From positions 13,322 to 77,321 of the forward strand of contig JAFVTF010000001.1 in assembly GCA_017503375.1 (NCBI GenBank): 64,000 bases of DNA. The letters are read 5' to 3'. Shown here in pieces: positions 27,569 to 36,539 of this stretch (position 1 is its first letter; each line of letters starts with the position of its first letter). The position numbers and the translations under genes are program-made. The notes beneath the pieces are model-generated. The model saw only the letters and a list, made by a program, of their open reading frames with translations, was not told the origin of the DNA and did no database searches. Origin of the DNA: Lentisphaeria bacterium (GTDB lineage: Bacteria > Verrucomicrobiota > Lentisphaeria > Victivallales > UBA1829).

Positions 27569-30313
27569 ATGAAAGGTTTTTCTATGAGATATTGTATTTT
27601 GATATTGCTGAGCTGTTTCGCCGTAACGTTATCCGCATTGGATATTACGCCGGATTACACAATCGTTGCCGGGAAAAATTTATCGGTGACAGAGACAAAG
27701 GCAAATGCAATTCTTTCCCGTTATCTTGCTGAAATTTTCGGAAAGCAGATTCAACAGACAACGGAAAGCAAGTTCAGCGGAACTGGAAAAGCGATCTATC
27801 TTGGAGATTCCGCTTATGCCCGGAAAAACGGGATCCGGCAGGAAACTCTGAAAGATGAAGAATGGCTGATCAAAGCTATGCCGGACGGCAATCTGATCAT
27901 CACAGGCGGAAAACTCCGTGGAACTCTTTACGGCGTGTACGAATTCCTGGAACTTGCCGGATGCAGATATTTTTCCGTTGGTGAAAAGTATATCCCGAAA
28001 ATGAATGCGGTTAAAGTGGATGACAAACTGGAACGGAAAAGTGTTCCGTTTATGGAATCCCGTTATACATTCCTTGGATTCACAGGAATGGTCCCCCGGG
28101 AACTGTTCTCCTGGAACAAACAGAATCGTGATGCTGCTCCGGATAATGTAAACGGTGATTTCTTCAATGTCCGCCAGTGGGGACACTGTCATACATTTTA
28201 TATTCTCGGAAAGGGATTCCCGAAAGAGTGTTTTTCAATGGATCGTCATGGAAAACGGTCTGTTGCAAAGGATGGTACCGGTCCCGGACAGTTTTGTTTT
28301 ACAAGTCCCTTGACCCGGAAAATGATGAAAGAAAAACTGGGCAGGATGATTGCAGAAGATCAAGCCAAAGCAAAAGCCGGAGGATTCAGCCCGAAACGTC
28401 TCTATGTGATTTCTCAGAACGACACAACTGAACGGTGTGTTTGCAAAAATTGTCTTGCTCTGGAGAAAAAATACGGTGCTTACAGCGGAGTCCTGCTGGA
28501 TTTTATCAATGATATCGCTTCTGCTTTTCCCGATACCGCTTTTCAGACGGATGCTTATCAGTGGGGTGAAAAGGCTCCTGTAAAAGGAATCCGGGCAGCA
28601 AAAAATGTTTATGTCCAGCTGGCTTATCTGGGATATGAGTGGTCCGGAAATAATGACACCATGAAACCCCTGACGGATCCTGTCAACAAAGAAACCCTGC
28701 AGAAAATCAGAAAGTGGAACGGTTTTACAGATAATTATTCTGTTTGGGATTATCTGGTTGTCGGAAAGAACGGTCATCCGGCTCCTTATACTGTGATTCC
28801 TGCAATGATCGAAAACTTCAAGATTTACGGAAAAATGGGAGTGAAGCGGTATTTCAGTGAGCTTGAAGTCGCATCCGGAAAAAAAGCCGTTCATGCTATG
28901 AGTTTTCATGATCTGACTCTTTATCTGAACATGAAGCTGATGGAAAATCCGTTCTGCAATACAGATGCTTTGATCTTAGATTATTTCAAAAAATATTATG
29001 GTCCGGCAGAAAAACCGATGCGGGATTTGTTCGACTTGCTCGTGAAACGTCAGACTGCTGCCCGTCAGGCACTCGGCAAACAGCCGCCGCGCCAATGGAA
29101 ACATGCGGATCCCGATTTCCTGAAAACAGCAGATTCTCTTCTGAATCAGGCAGAAAAAGCTGCCGGAAATAATGAAACATTCCTGCGGAGAATCGGTTTT
29201 GAACGTCTGCCGATTGACACCATGCTCCTGCTGCACCGTCCGAAAGGAAATGATCCTGAAAATATGAGATTGGTGGAACGTCTGAAAAAGAATTACCGGA
29301 AAGCGGTGAAACGTTTGATCGAACCTTCATTGCAAAATGCAACGATTGCGGCGATTGACCGGAAACTGGATGTTATACTCAATCCTCTTCCGCTGCCGAA
29401 GCAGTTCCCCGCTGATAAAACGGAACAGAGAACGGTTGGGTTCGGTGGTTTCAGCGGAATGGTGATCAATGATCCGGATGCGTTTGAAGGGAAAGCAATT
29501 CATTCCACCAGAATAACAGAAGAAAGTCACCGGACCCGTCAGCCGCAGCTGGGAATCTTTGATCTTTCCATCCGTCGTGACGCTGTAAAACGTCTGATCA
29601 AACCTGAAGAAATTCCTGCAGACGGAAAATATCATATTTATTATCTGGGCAGACTCAAACCCGGAAATTATATGCAGCTTACCGGATGGGCTCATTATTC
29701 CTGGCACATGCGTTTCCCTCTGGAAATGCCGGAGGCGCAGAGCGAATATGATGTTTATGCTTCCTTGAAATTCATCGGACCGGCGTATGTGAAAGGTGCA
29801 AGCGGTCAGAGTGATTTCAGAATCGACAGAATCTTTTTTGTGAGAGCTGATTCTGTTCTTCCCAAAGGCGTTGATCCGGAAAAAAGTACAGTTTGTCAGG
29901 TGGTCAGCAACATCTGGTTCCGTGGAAAGCGGGTCAATGATCCTGAAGCAATCGGTTCCAAAGCAATCTGTCTTGAAGGAAAACCGGAACGCCATAAACA
30001 GAACATGTCTCTTGGTGTTTTTGACATGGCACGGAAACGGGATTTGATCAAATTCACGTTCAAACCCGGTTCGGTTCCACAGGATGAAAATTATCATCTG
30101 CATAAGATCGGAACCTTGAAAAAAGGTCACAGCGGGAAACTTGCCGGATGGATTCATCCATCCTGGGGGCTTCAGTTCCCCGCTCAGAAGTTGAATCCGG
30201 CAAAAGAGTATGATGTTTATGTCTCTCTGAAATTGACCGGTCCGGCTTATGTCAAAGGTTCAGCAAAGCCTTCAGCTGTATTCTGCGATATGGCTGTCTT
30301 TGTTGAAAAATAA
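27569..30313 (+). CDS. secreted DUF4838-like putative glycoside hydrolase with duplicated C-terminal domain
   Basis: 914 aa with signal peptide (MRYCILILLSCFAVTLSA; the start may be 27584). LRGTLYGVYEFLELAGCRYF is typical of DUF4838-type proteins. aa ~621-760 and ~773-914 are tandem copies of one domain. Confidence 0.75.
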   Translation: MKGFSMRYCILILLSCFAVTLSALDITPDYTIVAGKNLSVTETKANAILSRYLAEIFGKQIQQTTESKFSGTGKAIYLGDSAYARKNGIRQETLKDEEWLIKAMPDGNLIITGGKLRGTLYGVYEFLELAGCRYFSVGEKYIPKMNAVKVDDKLERKSVPFMESRYTFLGFTGMVPRELFSWNKQNRDAAPDNVNGDFFNVRQWGHCHTFYILGKGFPKECFSMDRHGKRSVAKDGTGPGQFCFTSPLTRKMMKEKLGRMIAEDQAKAKAGGFSPKRLYVISQNDTTERCVCKNCLALEKKYGAYSGVLLDFINDIASAFPDTAFQTDAYQWGEKAPVKGIRAAKNVYVQLAYLGYEWSGNNDTMKPLTDPVNKETLQKIRKWNGFTDNYSVWDYLVVGKNGHPAPYTVIPAMIENFKIYGKMGVKRYFSELEVASGKKAVHAMSFHDLTLYLNMKLMENPFCNTDALILDYFKKYYGPAEKPMRDLFDLLVKRQTAARQALGKQPPRQWKHADPDFLKTADSLLNQAEKAAGNNETFLRRIGFERLPIDTMLLLHRPKGNDPENMRLVERLKKNYRKAVKRLIEPSLQNATIAAIDRKLDVILNPLPLPKQFPADKTEQRTVGFGGFSGMVINDPDAFEGKAIHSTRITEESHRTRQPQLGIFDLSIRRDAVKRLIKPEEIPADGKYHIYYLGRLKPGNYMQLTGWAHYSWHMRFPLEMPEAQSEYDVYASLKFIGPAYVKGASGQSDFRIDRIFFVRADSVLPKGVDPEKSTVCQVVSNIWFRGKRVNDPEAIGSKAICLEGKPERHKQNMSLGVFDMARKRDLIKFTFKPGSVPQDENYHLHKIGTLKKGHSGKLAGWIHPSWGLQFPAQKLNPAKEYDVYVSLKLTGPAYVKGSAKPSAVFCDMAVFVEK

Positions 30314-30340
30314 AGCTCTGTTCCCAATAAAGGTTGTTAC

Positions 30341-31810
30341 TTGAGGAGGGGAAAAAGCCCTTTTGAGATGGTTTGCTTAAAGTCAAGCCGATTTTGAAAT
30401 ATTTTGATAATTTTTATCAAATTCTTTATCGGCTGTGACCATTCCCCGGAGAATCAATAACATCTTTCTCATCACAGCACAACGAGCCTGCATTCTGGTA
30501 TTACCTTTAGCAAGCACTCTATTATACAAATCCTGTAATACCGGAATGCGGGGCATTGCTGTTTTGGAACACATATAAAGAAATCTTCTGACAAGCGGAG
30601 ACCCTTTCTTACTTAATTTAGTTTGATTTACACTTGTTCCGGATAGCTTTCTTACAGGATTCAACCCACTCATAGCTGTTATCTTTTGGCGGGTGGGATA
30701 ATCTTTAAGTGATCCTAACTCCCCAAGTAACATTACTGCTGTTCCCTGACCTATCCCTGGCATAGATGTCATTATATCCACTTCATGCTTGATTTCCGGA
30801 ACGCTTAAAACAATCTTATCAATTTCCCGATCCAGTCCGGCAATTTCCTTGTCTATTGATTTAGCAACATTTGTGCACATTCTTTTTGCCAGAGAATCAA
30901 TGATATTGTCGTGATAATTCCCCAACGCTGTCCTCTGATCTTTCAAAAAAGATCTGGCTCGGGCATAAGAACGCAATTTTTCCATTTCTGCCGACAGTTT
31001 TCTTTTAGCAACAGGTGTGCGTTCGCGGCCGTATCTGGCAATGACCTGTGCATCTATTTTATCGGTTTTATTTTTGATATTCAAAGAGATAGAAAATGCC
31101 TTTATTGGTTCAGGATTAGCAATAACAACCTTGGCGTAGGGAAATAAGGCAAGAATCATTTTTTCCAACTGAATCGAATAAACCCCCGTGGATTCCATTA
31201 CGATATGCAATGGCAAATCATCAAAGGTATCTTCTGAATACAAGGCAAAAAAATCACTTTGCAGGGCTTGAACCCAACTTAAAAAACTTTTTGTACCGGC
31301 ATTAGTCAACTTAAATTCACGCTCCGGCAAGTCTGACACAGAGAGCATGGGTTGGTTTTCAAACAGCTGCGGAAAATCCAATGCTGCATGAAAAGACTTG
31401 GAGCCAACATCAATTCCGACCCATAATTTTTGATTTTGGATTTGCATTTTAATCCCTTCCATTGTATATTGTTGTTGTGCCTCACTGGTCATCCTTGTAA
31501 CTATACGAACTTTATGTTCAAGATGGTTTTTACGACCTTTTGTGAAGAGCACGGTAACGGAAGATACGCATAATCTAAAAAACGATCTTAAAGATCAGGA
31601 AAGGATCGGATGCTGTGTCTTCCGTGTGTTTTTTCGTGATCAACCGAAAAAACACTCCTGTTACCGTAGCATAACTTTTTCATTTGTCAAGCAGCTGCTC
31701 TTCACCTTTGGCTCCGACGAGTTGAAATACCCATTCTCGCCAAAGGGAGCTGCTGCTATCTGATAACTGGGGAGTAATATACAAGGAAAGGTCCTTTTTC
31801 CCCTCCTCAA
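30341..31810 (-). mobile_element. IS110-family insertion sequence (element 1)
   Basis: 17-bp perfect inverted repeat TTGAGGAGGGGAAAAAG (30341-30357) / CTTTTTCCCCTCCTCAA (31794-31810) brackets the transposase gene. About 1.47 kb. Confidence 0.6.
30383..31552 (-). CDS. IS110-family transposase (DEDD recombinase)
   Basis: LWVGIDVGSKSFHAAL (DEDD N-terminus) and C-terminal MTSMPGIGQGTAVMLLGELG...SGTSVNQTKLSKKGSPLVRRFLYM. Maximal ORF is shown. The likely start is Met31 or Met36 (31462 or 31447). Confidence 0.88.
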   Translation of the reverse strand: MLFTKGRKNHLEHKVRIVTRMTSEAQQQYTMEGIKMQIQNQKLWVGIDVGSKSFHAALDFPQLFENQPMLSVSDLPEREFKLTNAGTKSFLSWVQALQSDFFALYSEDTFDDLPLHIVMESTGVYSIQLEKMILALFPYAKVVIANPEPIKAFSISLNIKNKTDKIDAQVIARYGRERTPVAKRKLSAEMEKLRSYARARSFLKDQRTALGNYHDNIIDSLAKRMCTNVAKSIDKEIAGLDREIDKIVLSVPEIKHEVDIMTSMPGIGQGTAVMLLGELGSLKDYPTRQKITAMSGLNPVRKLSGTSVNQTKLSKKGSPLVRRFLYMCSKTAMPRIPVLQDLYNRVLAKGNTRMQARCAVMRKMLLILRGMVTADKEFDKNYQNISKSA

Positions 31811-31830
31811 CTTGTCACGGCGCAGATATT

Positions 31831-31860
31831 ATGAGAGACACAAGAGGTCTCTCATTTTTT
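31831..31860 (+). terminator. rho-independent terminator (probably the displaced terminator of the 914-aa gene)
   Basis: ATGAGAGAC - 7 nt - GTCTCTCAT followed by TTTTTT. Confidence 0.55.
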
Positions 31861-31861
31861 A

Positions 31862-33527
31862 TGTCTGAAAACAAAAAATGGTTTGCCTCTTGATAAAAAC
31901 GGATTTATGTTAATCCAAGAACACCGAAGTCGCATAGTGCGCTTCAAAAATCAGGAGGACAAACCATGAATAATGTATCACAGGAACAGGAAAAAATCTA
32001 CTTCGGATTGGACATTTCACAAAAAACTATTGAAATTTTTGTTTTGAAAGGCGAAAAAGGAGTGCCATTTGGTAAAATCCTAAATAATCAAAAAAGTTTG
32101 AATGACTTTTTCGATAAAGTACCTTTTCCTTCAAAAACAATAACTGTTGCACTTGAAACTGGCACACATTCTGCCTGGATAAGTCACTGCCTTGAACAGC
32201 GAGGATATGAAGTTATAGTTGCACATGCTCGTGATTTGGCATTTATTTATAAAGGTGATAAGAAAAGTGATCGTATTGATGCGGAAAAATTAGCCCGTGT
32301 TGCCAGAGCAGATAAAAAACTGCTGCACCCGGTCAGATTAATGAGCAAAACACGTCAGGAAGCATTACTTGCAATAAAAGCCCGTGATCTGCTTATGAAA
32401 GAAAGAACCTGCATCGTCAATGCTATCCGTGGATTTGTCCGTAGTCTCGGAATAGATGATGCAGAATATTCTATTGAAACAATAAGTAAAATGTATTCTG
32501 TACTGCCCAAAGAAATCCGTCAGAATTTACGAGGATTGTTTTCTGTTTTGACCGCAATCAACAACAATATAAGCAGCTACGATAAAAGACTAAAGAAAAT
32601 TGCTGAAGAGTATCCGGAAACAAAAATTCTTCAACAAGTAAAGGGCGTTGGTCCTATTATTGCGTTAAGTTTTGCCTTGATCATCAGTGATCCCAACCGA
32701 TTCAGTTCAAAAGAATGTGCTTCATATCTTGGATTAGTCCCCAAACGGGATCAATCTGGTGAAACAGACAAACAACTTGGAATCACAAAAAGCGGTAATA
32801 AACTTTTAAGAAGATTACTTGTGCAAGGGGCACAATACATTATGGGACCATTCGGTGAAGATTGTGATTTGCGTGACTTTGGCAATCGGATTGCACAAAG
32901 AGGAGGACGAATTGCCAAAAAGAAAGCGACTATTGCGGTTGCCCGCAAATTGGCAATTACAATGCTGGCATTGTGGAGAAATCCTGATGTGAAATATGAT
33001 CCACATTTCAAGGCTGCTAATAAACAGAACAGATGTGCTTGATTAAGTTTAATCAACGAAAAACAACCAAAAGAAAAAATAGTTAAAAGAAGATTTTTCA
33101 GGATTTGCTTTTTGTCCAGTCCGGATGATCTCGTGCTAAGGCTGAGTCTGATATTGCCAATATCACAAAGAAGATTGTGGCGCAGATTGAAGACATCGGG
33201 ACGGACATTTATCAGGCGTCGCTTTCGGCAGAAGCATTACAGAACGCGAATAGGAGCAAGACAAAAGCATACCTTTTAGGAATCATCTTTCGCTGATTAT
33301 CAACTTTTTTAACGTTTTTTTGCAAACACGACTTGACAAATAGTCTCTCATAGGAGCCTGAAAGGCGAAGACGGAACTCCACCCCTTTCTAGTCCTCCGC
33401 AGCCTTGTGCGGAGGAGGATTCCAAAACCTTTTTGCGGCATTCCGATTTTTACGATGTAAAAATCGAAATGCCATCTTAAAGTTGAAATAGCAGAAGGAT
33501 TTACCGACCTGTATGGGGAACAGCGCT
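31862..33527 (+). mobile_element. IS110-family insertion sequence (element 2), ends not defined
   Basis: Transposase gene plus 485 nt of structured non-coding DNA before the next gene. No terminal repeats were identified, so the coordinates are the maximal interval. Confidence 0.4.
31966..33042 (+). CDS. IS110-family transposase (DEDD recombinase)
   Basis: IYFGLDISQKTIEIFVL N-terminus. QVKGVGPIIALSFALIISDPNRFSSKECASYLGLVPKRDQSGETDKQLGITKSGNKLLRRLLVQGA is the IS116/IS110/IS902-type C-terminus. SD AGGAGG. Confidence 0.9.
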   Translation: MNNVSQEQEKIYFGLDISQKTIEIFVLKGEKGVPFGKILNNQKSLNDFFDKVPFPSKTITVALETGTHSAWISHCLEQRGYEVIVAHARDLAFIYKGDKKSDRIDAEKLARVARADKKLLHPVRLMSKTRQEALLAIKARDLLMKERTCIVNAIRGFVRSLGIDDAEYSIETISKMYSVLPKEIRQNLRGLFSVLTAINNNISSYDKRLKKIAEEYPETKILQQVKGVGPIIALSFALIISDPNRFSSKECASYLGLVPKRDQSGETDKQLGITKSGNKLLRRLLVQGAQYIMGPFGEDCDLRDFGNRIAQRGGRIAKKKATIAVARKLAITMLALWRNPDVKYDPHFKAANKQNRCA

Positions 33528-36527
33528 TTACTTTTTTATGCGGATCATGCGGAATTCCCGGGCAGGCAATGTAACAGAATCCGGATTGATTTGCTGTCCG
33601 TTTTCTGCATTGAAGCATTTGGGAGATTTTCCAAGCATTCCGGAGTCAAGATTCAGCTTAACTGACACAGCATCATCGGTATCGTTGAGCAATACCGCCA
33701 GAACACCGTCTTTCGCAGCGTAACTTGAAACCATAACTTTTTCGTTTGCGGGAGAAACTTTTCTGACAGGATTATCTTTCTGCCAATACCCCCAGAAGGC
33801 ACTGTTTTCTGTGATACCCGCCTGATCCATGATTTTCCAGAATGGCTGCGGGGTAACTCCATAAGAGAGCCACATATCGGAGTCATGAACAAAAACGTAG
33901 CCCATATAATGACGGATATGGAGATTCTGATTTTTGAGTTTTCCGGCGCGTGCTGCTTTATATTTTTCCGGATAATGCAAACCGTAAGCCCGTTGGAATT
34001 GCGGAATGAAAACATTTGGAACGCCAAACGGCCGTCCCATGAAACTGGCACGATAATAATCGGGAGTGAAGATATTGTAATAATTCTCATCTTTCCCCAC
34101 GTTCACAATGAAACTTTCACCGTCGATTGTGGCATTACAGAAAGATACCTGAGGCATTTCCGGTGTTTGTGTAAGATGCCGCACGATTTTTCCTTCGGGA
34201 TATAATTTTTTGTGAATACGATAAATCCCCTTTGCCAGCTCTCTTGCGCCCAGAACACTTGATGTCCGGTAGAGTTTGCCATGTTCATCCTTCCAGCCGC
34301 ATCCATGGGCAGGATTGGAACAGTAATAACTCAAATCATTATCGAAGTAGAGATGATCCATTTTCAGCTCCCGGATACATTTCTCGAAATTCCGGAGATA
34401 GTAACTGCGGTATGTCGGTGATTTTGTACAGATAAATACATATCTCCATTCCCGGTTGTTGACAGATGCTTCCGTTCCGACGACCGGCGGAGTGATACTC
34501 CATTCATGGGCATGCTGCGGATAAGCGGGATTTTCCGGCGATGCAGAGAATCCGGCGAAGTAGAAGAATACAGGAATGTTTCTTTTTCCGGCTCGTGCTT
34601 TTCTCATAGGTTCAAAATCATCTTTTTTGAACCTGGCTTCCGGAACATTGTGAATTTTTGCCCAGGGATACCAGAGAACGCTGTTGACTTCAGGACGGTA
34701 ATAGGAGCCACCGCGCCACAGACGCCGGTTCCGTTCAAACGGGCGGGATGGTGTCACATGAAGTCCGAAGCTCCAGGTAACAGGTTTGTCAAGGGTACAT
34801 TCATAGTCAATCAGATTGATTGTAAAGAGAGCACCATCTTTTCCGGGATCAAGGCGAACTGTTTCCTCCCGGTTTTTCAAACGGCGTCCGGCTTGATCTT
34901 CTGTAAAATAGTAAAGTCCTCTCTCTTCATTTCCCATCCAGAGAACCGGGAGTTTTCCATCGCTGCTTGTATCAAAATGATTGCGCTTGACTGTTTTCGT
35001 AAGTTTTCCGGCGAAATGTCCGCTCATTGAGAAGTAGTCTCTAACGAAGCAGTTGTAAAGAGTGGAAGTTTCCTTCCGGAAAGGGAGTTGGATTTTTGCG
35101 TTTCTGACCTGAACTTTTCCTTTAGGAATCAGGGTAACTTCAAACCACATCATGCCATCGAATTCAAACCGGCAGCGGGAAACAAGATCAAATCCGTTCC
35201 CGGCAACTTTCCGTTCAAGCACCTGATAATCTGGATGTTTTTCTGTAATTTCCGACACTGCTTTGCCGGATACAGCTTTTCCGTTCCAAATGAACTGCAT
35301 ATCTCCACGCAGGAGAGGTATTTTTTGAGAAAAAAGCTGTCCGGGGAACAGTCCGTTTCCAAAAACGGTTTTCTGCATGAGGGCTGAGAATTGATTGTTC
35401 TTGAATTCCACCGGTTTCCAGGGGGCTGGAACAGAGTGATCAACAACAGGTGCATAGTCACTGAGCGTCAGAAAAAGAGTTCTTCCTTCTACTATATCCT
35501 GAGGCTTTTCCCGGAGCGGTTTCAGGGTGATCCGGTAATCGCCCTTTTTCCATTTTGCCAGATCAAAAACATAACGGTATTCCAGAGACTTAGATCTCAA
35601 AACCGTTTTCAATACAGTTTTGCCATCATGAGAGACTTCCATCTCAACAGGGAACGAATGGCTTTTTGAGTCAGTTCTGGAGAGTGTAAAATCAAGATGG
35701 ATCTCCTTTTTATCCGGGGTGCTCAACATCTTTGAAGTTGTGATCGTTACAGGAATTTTGCTTTTGTCAATTTTTGCAACACCATAAGAAGTATAGAGTT
35801 GTTCAATTTCACTCCCGGACAGAGTCTTATCATAAACCCTGAAATCATCAATCAGAGAATTGCCGTCATGATCCCTCCATAAGTTCGGCCCGTAAGGACC
35901 GACAGAAAGGGTATGAAAGTTTGTCGGCATCAGCTCTTTTACATTTTTGATCATTCCTTTTTGAAGACCGTCAATATATATTCTGAGGCAATCCTGATCC
36001 CATGTAAACGCGAGATGGTGAAATTCTCCTGTTTCCCATTTCGGTTGGGGTGTCCGGGCAAGCATCCATCGCTGACTTTTTCCGGAGTTGAGTTTTCCGA
36101 AGATGAAAGCCGGAAAGCGTCCGATGTTGTATTTGTAGATGATCAGAACACTGTTATCGCCTTTTGCTTCACAAAAGACATGAAATTTCGGATCTTTGAA
36201 ACTCCAGTCCAAAGGCTTGAGCCAGAATGCGATTGTTCCCTTTTTCGGATCAAGTCCTTTTGCCGGATAATGGATGTAGTCAGCTTTTGTTTTTCCGTTG
36301 ACTGTTTCCGCTCCGATTCGCGCGGCTTTCCCTTTGACCCCGTCCTGAAGCAGAACGGAAAGGGTTTCCATATTGAGAGGAACGGAGTGTTTCCCCTGGA
36401 TGGTTCCTTTTGGTGTCTCCGCCCTGAAATCCCGGTCAAATGTCGCATGAATGACCGGTTTCGGAAGCTCTGCTGAAAGCGGAAATAACATTCCGGCAGC
36501 GAGAAGAGATAAAATTCTTTTTTTCAC
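33528..36527 (-). CDS. secreted LamG-domain putative glycoside hydrolase
   Basis: 999 aa with signal peptide MKKRILSLLAAGMLFPLSA. LamG/concanavalin-type N-terminus (GEFHHLAFTWDQDCLRIYIDG...IDDFRVYDKTLSGSEIEQLY) and a large uncharacterised C-terminal catalytic-like region. Confidence 0.75.
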   Translation of the reverse strand: MKKRILSLLAAGMLFPLSAELPKPVIHATFDRDFRAETPKGTIQGKHSVPLNMETLSVLLQDGVKGKAARIGAETVNGKTKADYIHYPAKGLDPKKGTIAFWLKPLDWSFKDPKFHVFCEAKGDNSVLIIYKYNIGRFPAFIFGKLNSGKSQRWMLARTPQPKWETGEFHHLAFTWDQDCLRIYIDGLQKGMIKNVKELMPTNFHTLSVGPYGPNLWRDHDGNSLIDDFRVYDKTLSGSEIEQLYTSYGVAKIDKSKIPVTITTSKMLSTPDKKEIHLDFTLSRTDSKSHSFPVEMEVSHDGKTVLKTVLRSKSLEYRYVFDLAKWKKGDYRITLKPLREKPQDIVEGRTLFLTLSDYAPVVDHSVPAPWKPVEFKNNQFSALMQKTVFGNGLFPGQLFSQKIPLLRGDMQFIWNGKAVSGKAVSEITEKHPDYQVLERKVAGNGFDLVSRCRFEFDGMMWFEVTLIPKGKVQVRNAKIQLPFRKETSTLYNCFVRDYFSMSGHFAGKLTKTVKRNHFDTSSDGKLPVLWMGNEERGLYYFTEDQAGRRLKNREETVRLDPGKDGALFTINLIDYECTLDKPVTWSFGLHVTPSRPFERNRRLWRGGSYYRPEVNSVLWYPWAKIHNVPEARFKKDDFEPMRKARAGKRNIPVFFYFAGFSASPENPAYPQHAHEWSITPPVVGTEASVNNREWRYVFICTKSPTYRSYYLRNFEKCIRELKMDHLYFDNDLSYYCSNPAHGCGWKDEHGKLYRTSSVLGARELAKGIYRIHKKLYPEGKIVRHLTQTPEMPQVSFCNATIDGESFIVNVGKDENYYNIFTPDYYRASFMGRPFGVPNVFIPQFQRAYGLHYPEKYKAARAGKLKNQNLHIRHYMGYVFVHDSDMWLSYGVTPQPFWKIMDQAGITENSAFWGYWQKDNPVRKVSPANEKVMVSSYAAKDGVLAVLLNDTDDAVSVKLNLDSGMLGKSPKCFNAENGQQINPDSVTLPAREFRMIRIKK

Positions 36528-36539
36528 AATTGTAAATCC

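Noticed and set aside
33283-33618. 111-aa minus-strand ORF in the IS110 element 2 tail (and the 73-aa ORF at 31542-31763 in the element 1 leader)
   Set aside because: Both cross strong hairpins and gene boundaries (the first overlaps the 3' end of the 999-aa gene). They have no SD and a basic, low-complexity composition. The regions are better explained as structured non-coding IS ends.
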